DNA of 64,000 nucleotides from Lama glama (taxonomy: Eukaryota). The DNA lies in assembly GCA_028534125.1 (NCBI GenBank), contig CM052817.1:27406001-27470000 (forward strand). Reading direction: 5' to 3'. Below the pieces are notes generated by a model. It worked only from the letters and a program-made list of their open reading frames with translations. It was not told where the DNA came from and did not search any database. Both the position numbers and the translations under genes were made by a program. Of the stretch, positions 1 through 14,049 are shown piece by piece. How positions within the stretch are numbered: the stretch's first letter is position 1; each line of letters opens with the position of its first letter.

Positions 1-172
1 ATGCTTAATTCTTGTTCATTATCAGTTCAGTTAATTGTCATTTCATTAATGATGTCAATGTTTTAAAAACCCATGTTTTCATTTTTTTTTTTTTGCATGA
101 GGCAGCATATTTTGTGTTTGACCAAGGATTCTGAACAGAAGCCTTCGCTCTTCCCTGTGTTTTGCACCCTAG

Positions 173-281
173 GTCTATCAGTGGCAAGAAGCTGTGCTCC
201 TCGTGTGGGCTTCCGCTGGGTAAGGGGGCTGCAATGATCATTGAGACCCTCAGTCTCTACTTCCACATCCAGTGCTTTAGG
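173..281 (+). CDS. LIMCH1: LIMCH1 third-from-last coding exon (first half of C-terminal LIM domain)
   Basis: Pyrimidine tract + AG at 171-172, GTACGT donor at 282; encodes (R)[36 protein letters not shown] with LIM CxxC...HxxC. Confidence 0.95.
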
Positions 282-2285
282 GTACGTGTTCTTCACTCTT
301 CTCCCTACGCCCAACGTCGTGATGTGTTTGGCCTCATTCTGGACTGAGTGATGCCTTCTGGGCGTCCTGGCGGCTTTGCCGGGGAGGTGCCCCCACGGTA
401 GGCTGTGCACAGAAGTGTGCGTGGAGTCATCCTTCGGGGTGAAACTCTCCGATCACGTATCCCTCCGGGATGTCGGGTTAGAGGAAGCAAAACAGATTTG
501 TGCAACGTGTCTTATAAAACAGTTAATTCATAGAATGAGTATCACTCCCTCTGAGAGGCTGCCCTGCTCACCCCACTGAGTCCAGCCGCCTTTGTTACAG
601 GTCCTTACAGTGGTCCTTATCACTCACTCCTGAACTAATCATCCTCTCCTGTAATGAACTGTTACCTCCATAAGGGCAGGGACCGCATCCGTCTGGCTCA
701 CCACTGTTTCCTCTGGGCCCAGCAGAGATGGTACCAATTAGTGTTTTTAGATGACTGAGTTAATGAATAACTGAAAATGAGGAGGCCTAGATTCTAGTCC
801 CACATCTCCTGTTAATAAGTAGGTGAGCTAACCACTTGTGGCTGATTTGTTATAAAATGTACAGGTTGGACTACACCAGCATTTCCTTTTTTTTCACTCA
901 GGACATGTTTGAAATTAATATAATTTTTATAATTAAATAATACAATTTTGAAGCCAAACCCTCTAGCTCTGAATAAAAAGCATTTATTTCTCTTTGTAAC
1001 TCTAATGTGCTTTTTTTGTCCTTCTTCAATTTTGTCTTGTTTCTTGTTGATAGCCCCCTCAGCTATAAAGTAAACTAAAAAGGGTTTAAAATAATTCCTA
1101 CTCTACTACTATCTAAGAGAAAGTGAATGAAGTTGGCCGCAAATTCTTAATGTAATAATGTTGGTAGTCCCTGGAAAGCAAAACTTATCAGGGACAAAAC
1201 GCAACATGGTGACTTAATTAAACTCAATTTATCAACATTCTCATTGCAAAATTCACATAGACAATGTATATCCTAAGTTGTCTAGGACTGTTTTGAGACT
1301 CAAGGTAGATACTTTAAAATTATCATGGTAATACAAAGATAATATGTTCCAACACCAGGGTTTATTCTCAGAAACTTTACCTGAACTCAAAATAATCAAG
1401 GTGGTGAAGAGTCTTTGCAGATTCTCAACAGATGGGGGACTTGTGTTCTTGTCTGTCAAGGCCTTTGTTCTCTGTCGTCATTCACTCCCTGGAGCTGGCC
1501 TGATGCTCTGAGGTACATCCCCTCTGGAATTGATCCCCTACCCTTCTGATGCAGGTGCAGCTTGTAACCATCATTTGGATGAAACCTCCCTCTGCCCAGG
1601 ATGACTTAGAGCATGAGTCTGGGGCTGGCCCTCTTCTCCTGGGCTGGGTCATGATCCCCCCGTGAGAGGCTGGCGTGAAGCCACCCCCACTGCCGCCGCC
1701 TCTGGTCCAGCCAGGACAGTGTATCTCAGTCTCCTTCTGCACCAGGCTGGCTTGGCTGAAGGGAGTCCCATGCCCAGTGGCTGTCTTACTCTAGGGGGCA
1801 CTGCCCTAACGTGGAAACTTAAGGCGGAACGGCTACTCCCCCGTCATTGTGGTCTGGTAGAACTCACCGGCAGTGCTGAAAAGCATTTGAAGAGTATTCA
1901 GAGACAAGTTTCAATGTATAATTCCTGGGCCATGTGTCTACTTAAAACCACCAGGATTTAGTCTGTTTAAAATGGCTCTTCCATTTTGATTGAGTGCTGC
2001 TGTGCACAGGCTTTGGCATCAACCCGATGCCGTTACCGACTTCACAGCCTTGGACAAGTGAGCTAAACTGTCTGAACTTCCCCTGTAAATGCCAGGAGTG
2101 AGGATGAAATGCTAAACGTATGTCGTAGCTGGAAGTCACCTCGGTGCAGCAGGTAACACACATACGCTCAACACGTGTAGAGGTTGCAGAAGTGATTGTT
2201 GTGCTGTTCGTGTGAACAATAACTAAGCATCACAGAGAAACAGTCCCTTGTGCACCTTACAACTTCTGTCCTTTCTACCCTGCAG

Positions 2286-2388
2286 TGTGGAATCTGTAAA
2301 GGACAGCTCGGAGATGCAGTGAGCGGGACGGATGTTAGGATTCGAAACGGTCTTCTAAACTGTAATGACTGCTACATGCGATCCAGAA
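2286..2388 (+). CDS. LIMCH1: LIMCH1 penultimate coding exon (second half of LIM domain)
   Basis: tttctaccctgcAG acceptor, GTAAGT donor at 2389; [34 protein letters not shown] joins the previous exon in phase 0 and completes the LIM zinc ligands. Confidence 0.95.
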
Positions 2389-4137
2389 GTAAGTCCCGGG
2401 GGGAAATACCTTGAGGCGAGTGAGCACAAGCATCTGTCTTTCGTAGGCCCCCATTCAGGAATTCATTCATTCCTCCTCGTCAGTTGACACTCCCACACGG
2501 AAGGAAAGGTTTCTTAGCACCCAGGTAAAAGAAATGGTAATGAAATAACCCCTTATTTAACACTGGCTTCTTACTGGAAGTACTGCTGCCATGTGGCCAA
2601 ATTCTTTTTATCCAGAAGTGCAGTAATACACCAGCAGGTAAAAATGTAGACCAAGTTTGAGACACTCCTGAGCTCACCATAGAGACTTCAGTGAGAGACA
2701 GAGATGATATTAGGTCTGTGAACCCCTATTCATTTGTTGAGGCGTCTCTGTAGAAGACCAGCAGCGTTTGAGGGGTGGGCCAGGTGCGGAGAATGGCGCT
2801 CCACTGTTCTTCAGATCCAGCACCAGCCCCTCAGTATCTACATGCCTACATTCAAGAGTCTCATGACATAACATGGGCTTGTTCCCGACTAAATTGAAAG
2901 CTCTTTGAGAGACAGAATGGTGGGTTCTACTTCTCTGTGAATCCCTGCGCTCCTCCAAAATACCTTAGTACATACTAACAAAAGCTTAACAGATACGTGC
3001 TTCCTGGAAGCTCCCTTGAGCAGCTGCCCTCCCATCTTTATGATTTGAGTCTCTTACTTTAGAAAGTTCATGTTATTTTGGGTGAGGCCACCAGGGGGTG
3101 CTGTTGCCCAGCTGCTGTTTAGAAAATCTGAAACAAGCCAGTGGCTAGCCTCTGAATCCTTATTATATATACATAGTGTTAATATTAATTTCTATACTAT
3201 GTATTATACATATAAAATATGGGATAAATAATATACCATATATACACCATAAATACATATACATACATACACAAATACATATATAATATATTACATTATA
3301 TAATATTATATGTGTATAATATAATAATTATATTTTATTTAAATTATATTTGTATTTGTTTCATTTTTATACATTAGAAAAGAAAATTAAATCCTTTTAT
3401 CCCTGAATTCAAAGTGATTTTTTCCTATCATCTTCTATAAATTAGAAGTTTTTCACAACCTCATTAACCTGCTGAATGTGAGTCATGGAACCAGAAGAGG
3501 GTGCTGTTGGGATGAAGGACTGTTGAGCCAGATTTGAAAAGTGCTGTAAATATGAATTTATTTCATAATTTAAAGTGCTTGAAGGATGCCAGCAGAGAAC
3601 AGACCTGAACCCACCTCTGGATGCCAGTGACTTGTTTTTCATCCAGATTTTTATTTTAATTGAGAATTTGGGTGTTTTGTTATCATTTCTTTTGAAAGTT
3701 AGCATTTTGGATCTAGGCCAGCAGCTTTTCTCTTGTGTATACAGATATAAAGGGCATTAACTGCTTTGATTCCAAATCTAAAGACAAGAACTGTGGAGTT
3801 CCTGTAACTGTCCTGTAAGATGAAAAGTAACATGCTTGGAGATAGACCAAAGATATGATTTTTCTTTATTTAATATTTTTGATGCAATATTTTACTACGA
3901 TGTTGCTTAGAATACTAAGGTACTAAGAAGAAAGCAAAAAGGCTCATTATTTCTCTGCCTAGATAACCAATATTGATATTCAAAAGAATAAATAACTAGA
4001 AGTTATAAATGATATAAAGCTAGAAAAATTGGATTGTTTAGAAAGATAACAAATTAAAAGTGAAAATCTCCCAAGTTGACCATGTAATCATTTTCTAATA
4101 ATAGTTTCTTGGGAAGAAGAAGGTATGTTTGTATATG

Positions 4138-4140
<3 letters not shown>

Positions 4141-4174
<34 letters not shown>
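4141..4174. repeat. (AC)17 microsatellite
   Basis: Direct inspection. Confidence 0.95.
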
Positions 4175-4176
<2 letters not shown>

Positions 4177-4249
4177 ATATGTGTGTGACACATCTACCTG
4201 CATATATGTTGGGTTTTATTTCACAAAGGTAATGACATAGCCACAGTGG

Positions 4250-5450
4250 TACTTAGTTTTTGTCACTGTTGTCTTTAACTTAATGATATATCTTGGCAGT
4301 TTTTCCATATAGCATGTTCTTTCTCCTCATTTTCTTTAATGGCTTTTCAATCACTGCAGACAGTCCCATTGTGTGAACTTACCATAATTTAAAACTAATT
4401 CTTTATGAATGAGCTCTTCAGTTTTTTCCAGTTTTTTTTAATATTATTTTTTAAATGCTCCAGTGAACATCCTTATATGTAAGTCTTAATGAACGTTTGA
4501 AAGTATTTCCACAGAGTAGATTCTGAGCAGTGGGACTGCTGAGTTGAAAGGCATGTGCTTTTTAAATTTTCAGGCAACTTGCCTAATTATCATCCAGAAA
4601 TGTGCACGCTCTCTGCAAAGTACATGAGAGCCTCTTTCTCTCTCCATGCCAACGTCAGCTCTGGATGTCATCAGACTTTTAAAATTTCCATTCTGCTAGG
4701 CAGGAAAAGAAAACTTTAATGCTTTTTTGATCCTTGGTCTTTAATTATAAGTGAGTTTAAACATCTTTTCATATATTTGTTTATCATTTATATTTCTTTT
4801 TCTATTAACATTTTTTTATTTCTTTATCCTTTGCCCATTATTCTATTGGCAGTCGATTTTTATGAGTTCTTTGTGAATTAAGGCAAATTTCCCTTCATTT
4901 TATATTTGCTACTTTTTGTGGTTATCATTGGTCTTTCCACTTTGTGATTTTTTTTTCACAGAAAAGATTTTCATTTTAGGTAATTAAACATACCTTTTTT
5001 TCCTTTTTGCGTTCTGGGTTTTGTGACCTACTTAGAAAAACTCTCACTACTCCAAGGGTATAAATAAATTTAGCTGAGATTTCTCCTAGAATTGTTTGTT
5101 TCCTTTTTGGCATTAAACACCTGATCATGGGGAATGTACTGTGGTTGGGGTTCATTTTTTTCCAGTTAGCCAGTGGTGTGACTATAACTTAATGAATAAT
5201 TCTTTTTTTCTTATTAATTTGAAATGCCAGCTTTCTCATAAACCAAGTTCCCATATATATTTGGATCTATTTCTGGATATTGTATTATGTTTTATTAACC
5301 TGTTTATTCTCTAATATCAGCTTTATTATAGCTTCATAATATGTTTTAATAGTGAGCAATAATGGCTACCTTCTCTCTGATTATTTTTTCCAAATTTTCC
5401 TAATTCTTTTCTCCTATTTGTTTTTCCAAATAAATGTTAGTATCATTTTA
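4250..5450 (-). mobile_element. Old L1 (L1M-type) fragment, antisense
   Basis: T-rich degraded sequence with typical antisense L1 phrases (gaacatccttata, gggactgctgagttgaaagg, tttcatatatttgtt, ggatctatttctgga). Confidence 0.65.
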
Positions 5451-6200
5451 AGCTAAACTTTAAGTAAGTCAACAAATGACAGGGAGAATGACCAACACAT
5501 CTGATAGTGTTGCTCATTTCTTCCTTGGTGTCAGAAGGAAGAAACTATACCTTCAGAGGGAAGAGGTGGAGAGAATGAAAATTGGCTAGAGAAGTATAAA
5601 TACACTCAAACTGGTTGAATGGACCCAAATGTAATAAGAGAGTCGAATGGGGAAAATGGCTAAAAATAATTTTTTTCTTTTTTTAATTTGATTTTGACCT
5701 GAGTTGAGAAGAGGGGAAATGGATAGATATGAGAGGTGGTTGACATCATAGGCATTCTAAGTGAAATAAAATAATTTCATCTTGTGGAATAATAAAACCT
5801 GAATATATAATCCTGTTTTCTTCAAGTAACTAGTCACATTTAAATGAAATTTTTCTCTTGGAGGGGAAAAATAGCATAACAACATATTAAAATGCAATCC
5901 CTAAAAGCAATGTAAACAGTTTTTAAGTTGGTATGTAAATGGGAATAGAAGTGCAAAACAAATTGCCTGTCACGAATCAAGCTGTCACGTGTTTAACTTG
6001 TGCCATTTGTGCTTGGGTGTTGGATGACTGTATCTTTGTGTCTTTTCCATCATTCACTCTCATGAAATGCATTTAATGCAAAATCCCGGGGGTCTTTTCC
6101 AGTGTTGCGATTACCTCATCACAACTCTAGTACCTACACCAAGGAGAAATGCTATGAAGGTTTCCACAGGAAATATGGAACCCAAACCATCCTTCCTAGA

Positions 6201-6431
6201 GAGGGTTGCCACATAAAATGCAAGATGCTCAGTTAAATGTTTTTGAATTTCAGATAAAGAATGAATTTTTTTAGTACGTGTATGTCCCAAATACTGCATG
6301 CTCAGGATTTAGTACAAGTATATCCCAAATATCCCATGGGATATACTTACTAAAAAGTGCATTTGTTGTTTACCTAAAATTCAAATTTTATTGGGTGTTC
6401 TGTATTTTATTTGCTAAATCTAACATTCCTA
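6201..6431. mobile_element. MER53-like hAT MITE
   Basis: agggttgcca...aaaatgcaagatgctcagttaaat..ttgaatttcagataa left arm and aattcaaattt..tgggtgttctgtattttatttgctaaatc right arm form the long imperfect palindrome typical of MER53. Confidence 0.7.
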
Positions 6432-6599
6432 TTTCTGGATCATATGTCAGCTTCCTCTTGTTGCAATGTATTTATTCTTAGAGAAACCAAAACCTAAAGA
6501 AACTGAGAGAAGAGAGATTATTTTCTTGCTTTTTTGCCCCAGAAGACATGGTAGGAAACTTGATGGAGATCATTTGGTTGAGGATGAAATCCAGAGGAT

Positions 6600-6722
6600 T
6601 TCAACCAAACTCTGCTGGGCTCCATGTTCAGTTCTGGGATGGGGCTCAAGAGTCTGCACTTCTTACTCACGCTAGGTAATGCCAGAACTGCTCATCCCTG
6701 GACCACACGTTGAGTAGCAGTG
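6600..6722. mobile_element. MER5-like hAT DNA transposon fragment
   Basis: ctgggatggggctcaagagtctgca...ggaccacacgttgagtagcagtg resembles the MER5A end. Confidence 0.6.
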
Positions 6723-6855
6723 AGGGGACAAGTTTCCCCTCCCTAGAGGCAAGAGACTTTGGCAAAGGCCATTGCTAATTTCAGAAATATTTCAACATCT
6801 GAAGCAAGAATGGTTGGCTACCTTAACCAAATGTTGCTGTTTTTCTCTGTCCCAG

Positions 6856-6881
6856 GTGCTGGCCAGCCCACAACGTTGTGA
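6856..6881 (+). CDS. LIMCH1: LIMCH1 terminal coding exon (SAGQPTTL-stop)
   Basis: ttttctctgtcccAG acceptor at 6854-6855; phase-1 join A|GT gives S-A-G-Q-P-T-T-L-TGA (6879-6881), matching the LIMCH1 C-terminus as I recall it. Confidence 0.93.
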
Positions 6882-9760
6882 CGTGGTTTTCAAGCTTCCA
6901 GATCTCTCACCATTTCCTTGCTGAGGGTGTCCAAACGTTTAACAAAACCCCAAGTTCAGGGGCTTCTCAGCATTCATCTAATTTCTGAAAGGCTATTATG
7001 AAAGATGTATCTGGTTTTCTGGTTTTTTTTTTTTTTTGTATAGCACAGTGTGTTTTTCCTGGTTTCCTTTTTTCTTTTCTTTTTCTTTTTTTGGCATTTG
7101 CACAGTATATACAAAAGAATATTGAATTGTAATGATCCTGAATAGTTCAAAAACAGGTCTTAGTGTGGTCAAACAGGCTTACGGTTTAAAATGTGTTATT
7201 CTCCTCTTTGGGAATTAATGAGATAAATGATGCAATAAACTTTTTTTTTTAGCATTTCTAGGAATTAAACCCTATGTTTACAGAATTGAGCTGCAGAAAA
7301 TGCAAAACATGCCAATTTGAGACATGCAGTCTTCTGAGACAGGAGCATACAGTTAATGCATTTTAGAAACTAAAAATCACATCATATAGCTCTGAGCTGT
7401 AACTTGTTTTTAATGCAAGGATGCTAGTCTGATAATATATACTGTAATCCTGAGACGTTTGTGTTACTTACCTTTTGAGGTAGAAGTCATACCAATAAAT
7501 TATTGCACCGCTAGTATTAGATTGTGTGTACTTTGGAAGTTAGGCCATTAATTTAGGCTGGCCCATCAAATAAAGAGAACCCTTGCAATATCGGCTTGGC
7601 TTACACTCTGGGACATTGCTCGAGGGTAGGAAGAAATCAGAGGGACATAATTCAGTCATCATTTCCAAAGTTATTACCAAAATCTGTGAGGAAGTTTAAT
7701 CTTCCAGAGAGTGGTGGGTCCATGCTAGCTAAGAGGGCTTTATTGCATGCTTCTCTGCCGGCTCTGGATTCAATAAGAGGCTCAGTATGAGGCGAATAGA
7801 AGTTCTCATCGAGATCAGCCCCTCATTAGGTGTGACCACTGCTCACCCGTGTCTGCAAGTTCTTCTTGGGGGTCTGAAGCACAAGTGGCTAAGGAAAAGC
7901 ATTAAGTCCATCCTAACAGAATCCAAATGACATTTGATGTGATAAGCCACTAGTGTGCGATCAGCAGGAACCTAGCTTCCACTCTCATGGATACCTGCTC
8001 TCCGTCACTCTCCTCTGTCACCACCTCCCTTTACTACCGAGAATTCTGGACCTTGCTCATGGAGAAGCTTAGCAAGGAACTCTTGGGAGAGCTGCTTTAT
8101 TGTTTGCCCTGCGTGATGAGTTTCATCTGGCCCAGAGAGGAATCAAGTTACTAAAAAGCATCATGTTTTAGATCTCCAGGCTGTTTTCTTCAAGACTGGG
8201 GAAAGGGGAACTATTTATTCTGCCTTAAAATGATGGCAAATAAGTGAAGATGACATTTTGTGAATGTAGACTATGGATATACTCTGAATAGGTTAATGTA
8301 GTCATAAAAGAAGATCAAGTAGATGTTTTTTCTGTTATGTAAGCAATAATTTTTTCTGTGTCTTATTGAGTATGGCTAGCAATTATTTATTTACATGCTA
8401 GACGGTTCTCTGCATGCGGGTTCCATGTTAAGTGCAGAAATTTCCTCAGCCACTGGAGAAACTTTGACCATTTTGTCATTTGGATGAGCTGTTGTTAGAT
8501 TGAAATTTACACATCATTTCATTAAAAATTGTGCCTTAGAAAATGCAAAGCTGTTGCACATAGTCAATGATGAATTATGGATGCAGTGCATTGAAGAGAG
8601 GTGAAGTCATTTCCAAGTTCTCAAGACTTCTCATAGAGCTGTTCCTTGTTTGACAGGGGGAAAAAATACTAAAAAAAGAAAAATTGAAAAAAATTAAAAA
8701 GAAAAACGTTTTGAAAATGTACAGAGTAAGTCCAATATTTTGATTAACCACCTGCATGTTTTATTAAATATTTTGATAATGTGGGCGTTTACACTTTGCA
8801 TGACATTAGCAGAGTACATTACTGCAAATACTGCACAAAACATGTACAATATGATCATTCATAACCGATTTTTATAGAACACTTTTTACATGTGGAATTC
8901 CATCTGTTATGTAAGGATTATATGAATATTGCACATTCTCTTCTAGTTTCACAAACCCATTTATACATATTTCTTAGTGAGACTCATTGTACATGTATTG
9001 AAGCTAGAATCAAGTCAAGAAAAATAAAGCCCCATTCTCCAGCTGCGAAATGTGCTTTCCCATAATGAACAATAGTCACCAGCACAGAATAATCTCCAAC
9101 ATTTTCTAAATTCTAATTGCCAACTGTTTCTATTTATATTTGATTTCTATTTCATTTGGAGTCTGTTACATGGCAGCTTGGGCAGACTCGATCTTGTTTT
9201 TTCCAGTGCAGCATAATGAGTATGATCTATTTCTTTTCAAACAATCTTTGAGATCCCAGGAAAAAAAAGATGCTCTACTTTGTTGAGCTACAGCGTAAAT
9301 GTGTTTGTTTAAGAAACAGATGAGGCAAGTGAGTGATTTATGGTTCCTGAGGAAGTGTATCTTTTTTTTCTTCTTATACTTCAAAAGCTAGCCCCTTCTC
9401 TTCCGTAAGGAAAAAGAAAAATGGGCAACTCTTTGTTTTTCACTAGCAAACTTTCATGACATTTCTTCCTTCTTTCTATGTAGTGGTATTAATGCAATAC
9501 GTATTATAGTTATCTATACTCAGTGTAAGACTTAACGAGCTGAAATGATCCACCTCATATGTGAGTCCGTCCAAAAGATGTTACTGTTCTGGGTGGGCCA
9601 ATGTTCTATATCAGTTACACTAACCTTCATTTAAAATATTTATTCTAAAATGCCTCTAAGAAATAGTAAAAAAAAAAATAAAAACAAAAAGTTGTCTAAA
9701 ATGCAACAGCTTTTATAGTAAATGTACATTTATAAATAAAATACTCAAATCAACTTTGTA
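6882..9760 (+). other. LIMCH1: LIMCH1 3' UTR (~2.9 kb)
   Basis: Follows the stop codon; AU-rich, no interspersed repeats seen; ends at AATAAA 9735-9740 followed by a U-rich tract. Confidence 0.75.
9735..9740 (+). terminator. Polyadenylation signal of LIMCH1 (distal)
   Basis: AATAAA with upstream TGTA (9723) and downstream T-rich element (~9755-9781); other AATAAA at 7234, 7494, 9023, 9677. Confidence 0.7.
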
Positions 9761-12419
9761 TTTCATTGATTTTTTTTTTTTGAGGGGTGGGGGTTGGTTT
9801 TCTTACTAAGGGAAGAGAGATTCAAGCTCTCTTGCAGCTTTTGGTCCAGAATGACATAGTCAGATGGTGGTGATGATGTGTATTTGCATATGCAGACTGA
9901 TGCATTTTTGAGGTCAACTACTTAAGGCAAATCAAACTTACCAGCTGATCGTAGGAGTTGCTAAGGAATTTCCTTCCACTGAAGAACTGAAACTCCTTGA
10001 GATGAGACACAACAACCAGGTGAGACCGTGCCAGTGGAAATTGTCTAAAACAGCCCAGTGATGGTTAACGTCCAGTACTGGCTAAAAAAACCAAGTCAAA
10101 CTCTTTAATGTCACTGTATTCTCCCACTTTCCCAGCACTGCCGCAGTGCTCCCTCTCACTGTTTATGTACAATCTGTCCACTGAGGACTTTTTTCTCCAT
10201 TGTTGAACCAGGGAATATGCTTTGAAACAGTGGCATCCTGCTGATACTGTTAACTTCCCAAAATACACATTCCCCAAATGTGTAGGTGGTGTTAACAGCA
10301 ATCAAATTCCTTAAAAGTTCCTATTGTTTTCAAGTGCAGTATTCTAATTGCCACTGCACGTTGTATTCTGCTGCTTTTTGCAAAGTTTGGTAGGCAGTTA
10401 GTAGTTGCTGTTTCCATAGAAAAGTGAATTCTTTGCCTTTCATAAGAGAGCTTTAGCAGCTATAGGAATAGCTGAATATCTCCATTGTTATATAAATGAA
10501 AGTTTATTCAACTACAATGCATTTTAAAACAAAGGAAAGATTGTTATTCTAACGTGATCTATGAATGTCTATTAAAAGAAAAACAGTTTACCTCAGATAA
10601 TGTTGAACTAGCTTTCTTTCCATTGACTTTAAAACCTAAGGACTCCTTTTGAGGGTCCTAAAGTCAGGGGTTATGAAGTCAAAGGACTGGAGGGACCAGT
10701 TAGACACTGTCAGTGAGAACCAGGAGAGGGTATTAGGGATGTAGACTATGGCAACCCTGACAAAGAACAGTTCTGTCTGAAGGAGCGGGCAGGGCAGCTA
10801 CTTGGCTCTAACCAGTTGTTTCCATATGAAATTTCCAGCTTTTTAAATTTTGACAATTCAAGCATTTTCCGACACAATACCAACCAAAATTGTGAGGCTC
10901 TACAAAATATATCCCCAAGTCTAACTTGGTTCTCAGGCTGCCAGTCCACAACATGCAGCTAAATCTTCTCTTTGCTTTTCTATCAGCAGCTACTAACTTG
11001 CCCTGCTGTGAGTCATTTCATTTGACAAGTACATCAAGATTTGCCAACCAAATTTTTGCTTTTGGAGTGTCTTGGGTCATTCAGAGAAAGAAGCTACTAG
11101 AGCCATTGATCAGCAGATGGTTCTGCTACAATTCACAGCACCGTATTTTTTTTTTTTGTATTGTCATCGAAGATAGCTATTCCACAAGCACCCAGGTTCA
11201 GCATTTGGCAGAACCATGCCCTTCCCCTTAATGGTTTCCTTCTCTTTTTCTGAATGACTCAAAAGGACAGAAAAATGTGCAAACAAATATACAGAATAGA
11301 ATTTTTTTCTAAATTGGTTTAGCACCATTTTATCAAATGTACTTTTGCAAGCATTATCTGATTTGTTAAAAAACATTTCTGGCCTGTGAGAAGACAAACG
11401 TCTGTTTCCTCATCTTATAAGTGAGAAACAGAGATACAAAAGGAATAAGTGACTTATTCTGGATGGTATAAGATTTGACAAAATTGTGTCTGTCACCAGC
11501 TGTCCCTGGTCAGGGGTGATTAGGTTAACCTCCTCCTATTCAGCTGTGCCTTTCTCATGTCTGGGCCCCCACATGAGACCAACTAGGAGGACCCCTGAGC
11601 ACAGCTGGACTGCCCAGGATTTAATCTACACTCAGAGACTAGAAAATTCTCTCTATCGTAAATTTACACTCATAAGATACTCAAATAGACTTAGGATCCC
11701 ATTTTACCCCTAGGGGTTTGACTTCTTATTCTGGGATGAAAACATAGAGCTGTCTCTTGTGGCATGACCTTGGACACTTCGGTGTTTGCTGAAGAGGAGG
11801 CTCAGGAGTCGCTCCACACCACCCACACCCATGGCTGGAGCCCTGCTGACCTCTCCCCCGACACAGAGCACCCCCGAAGCCTCCCTCCCCACCCCCAGGC
11901 TGGGCTCCAGAATGCGGGAAAACTAGCCCTGCCTGTTAGGTAATAACACTTGTCCAGCCCAACTTTTATGTTGTGAAACTGGCCCTCCACTTTCTCAAAC
12001 TCAACAACCAAGGCCTGAACAGGCCTCCATCTAACCATTGTGATGGGGAGACGACACCGAGATGCCATCATCATTGATTCCTGTATCACAGTATCATTTC
12101 AGCACAACCTCCATCAAGGCGTTCGATTTTTCCAGCAGGAAGAACGACATTGCCCATGAAAGCCTTGAAAGCCTGTTTTCCCTCTGTCCACCGAAGAGAC
12201 AGAGAGCTACCACAACGGGCCCTGTTAGTTTAGAAGATACCTTGGCTGACAGCGACTGAAGTAGAACTCTCGGAAGCCCCACGAAATGCTTTGTCAAGCA
12301 GGACACACTGTCAGCGGTACAGCACTAATTACCGTCCCAAGCTCTGATCTTGGAGCATTCAGTTCTCCCCCCGAGTCCCTGAAAAGTTATGAGGAAAGTA
12401 TTTTGTTTTCTAACACTTT

Positions 12420-13950
12420 GAAAATTGAGCAGCTGCATCTTGTTTACATGATAACACTCTGGGAAACAAGAGAAATATTTAATGACACAAATGGAGAATG
12501 CCTATTCTGAGATAACCCAAGAAAGTTCGAAAAGAAGGATTAACCAAAGGAATTCACCTTACCAAACAGTAAGCCTTACTATAGAGAGAACAAACAAAGG
12601 ACGCATCTTGGGCAAGAGTTGATAAACTAATTATAATTAATACACTATATGGCCTGGAAACAGACACAAATGAACATAAAAATTTTAGTGCATAATAATG
12701 ATATCACAAGTCAATAGATAAAGAAGGGACAGTTGATTAATGTCAGTTCTTCATAACAAAATTAATTCTGGATGAATTAATTTTTGTCAAGTGCAAAAAA
12801 AAAAGCAGGAAAAGGAAGAATGAGAGGTTTAAATACATACTCAATAAAGGAAATTTTAAGCAAAATTTAAAAGTAGTGAAAAACCAGGGGAAATATTCCC
12901 AAAAATATGACAAAGATTTAATACCCTTAACACATGAAGTCCCTTCTAAAGCAATAGAAAATGGGCAAAAGGACATTAAGAATCTGTCAAAAATTAATAT
13001 AAATGGTCAATAAACATGAAAAGCATTCACCCTTACATGTGATCAAAGAAATGCAAATTTGAAAAGTAAGGCTCTTCCTACTCCCCCACAAAATAGAAAG
13101 TCTTCAGTCTCACTAAGAATTTACAACTTCTATATTGCAAAAAGGAAGTTTAAGAAAAAGCTACAAACCAAGAGAAGTTATTTGTCACACATACAACCAA
13201 CAAAGAATTAGTATACAAACTATGTTGAAAAAAAAAAACCCCAAAATATCAATAAGAAAAATACAAACATGTCAATAGAGAAATAGACAAAAGACATGAA
13301 TAGGCATTTCATGGCAAACATGAATAGCAAAAAAGGGCAAAAATATATTCAAGTTTATTAGGAAGGAAATGCAAATTAAAACCTTTACAAGACGACCTTG
13401 CATACCCATGAGGTTGGTAAAAATTTAAACTTTGATGACATCACGTGTTAGTGAGGATCTGCAGCAATGGAAATGTGCACACTGCTGCCTAGGATGTATA
13501 TTGGTAACGATTCTGCCTCATCTAGTGAAGTTCATGAAGCTCACATCCCCTGATGTAGCCACTTCACTTCTGGAACATAAACGCCTTCGCCTAAATCTAG
13601 AGAAGCTTGAGACACTCCCACAGATGTCCATGGGACATGTTCAGGAATGTCCCTTTCAGCACTGCTTACATATCAATTACAGTATTCAAAAAAACAAAAA
13701 ATAAATTGCAGTATTCCATGTTAACAGTGAAAAAATGAGTGAGCCACACATACATTTGGATTAATTTCAGAAAGCATAGCATTCGGTTAAAACAGCAAGA
13801 CACCAAGTAAGACATACATTATGATATCCAATGATATGAAGTCCAAAGACCACAGAAAACTAAGTTTTATAGTTCCTGCAGGCATGTAATATGCGGTGAA
13901 AAGTAAAGCAAAGCAAAGCAAAATAGTGGCAACATAAACAAGATTCAGGA
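12420..13950 (+). mobile_element. Old L1 (L1M-type) ORF2 3' end/3' UTR fragments
   Basis: A-rich; aaatgggcaaaaggacat, aaatgcaaattaaaacc, gaaatagacaaaagacatgaataggcattt motifs. Confidence 0.7.
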
Positions 13951-14049
13951 TTTGGGGTCCAAGGAGGGGAATGCTGTCAGGGCGGGCACAGGGGAAGTAT
14001 CCACTTTCTTACCTTTTTATTTTTTATCATCCACTCTGTTCTGTTTTGT

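Noticed and set aside
3160..3360. AT-rich low-complexity stretch
   Set aside because: Degenerate (TA)n/(CATA)n microsatellite with no further structure
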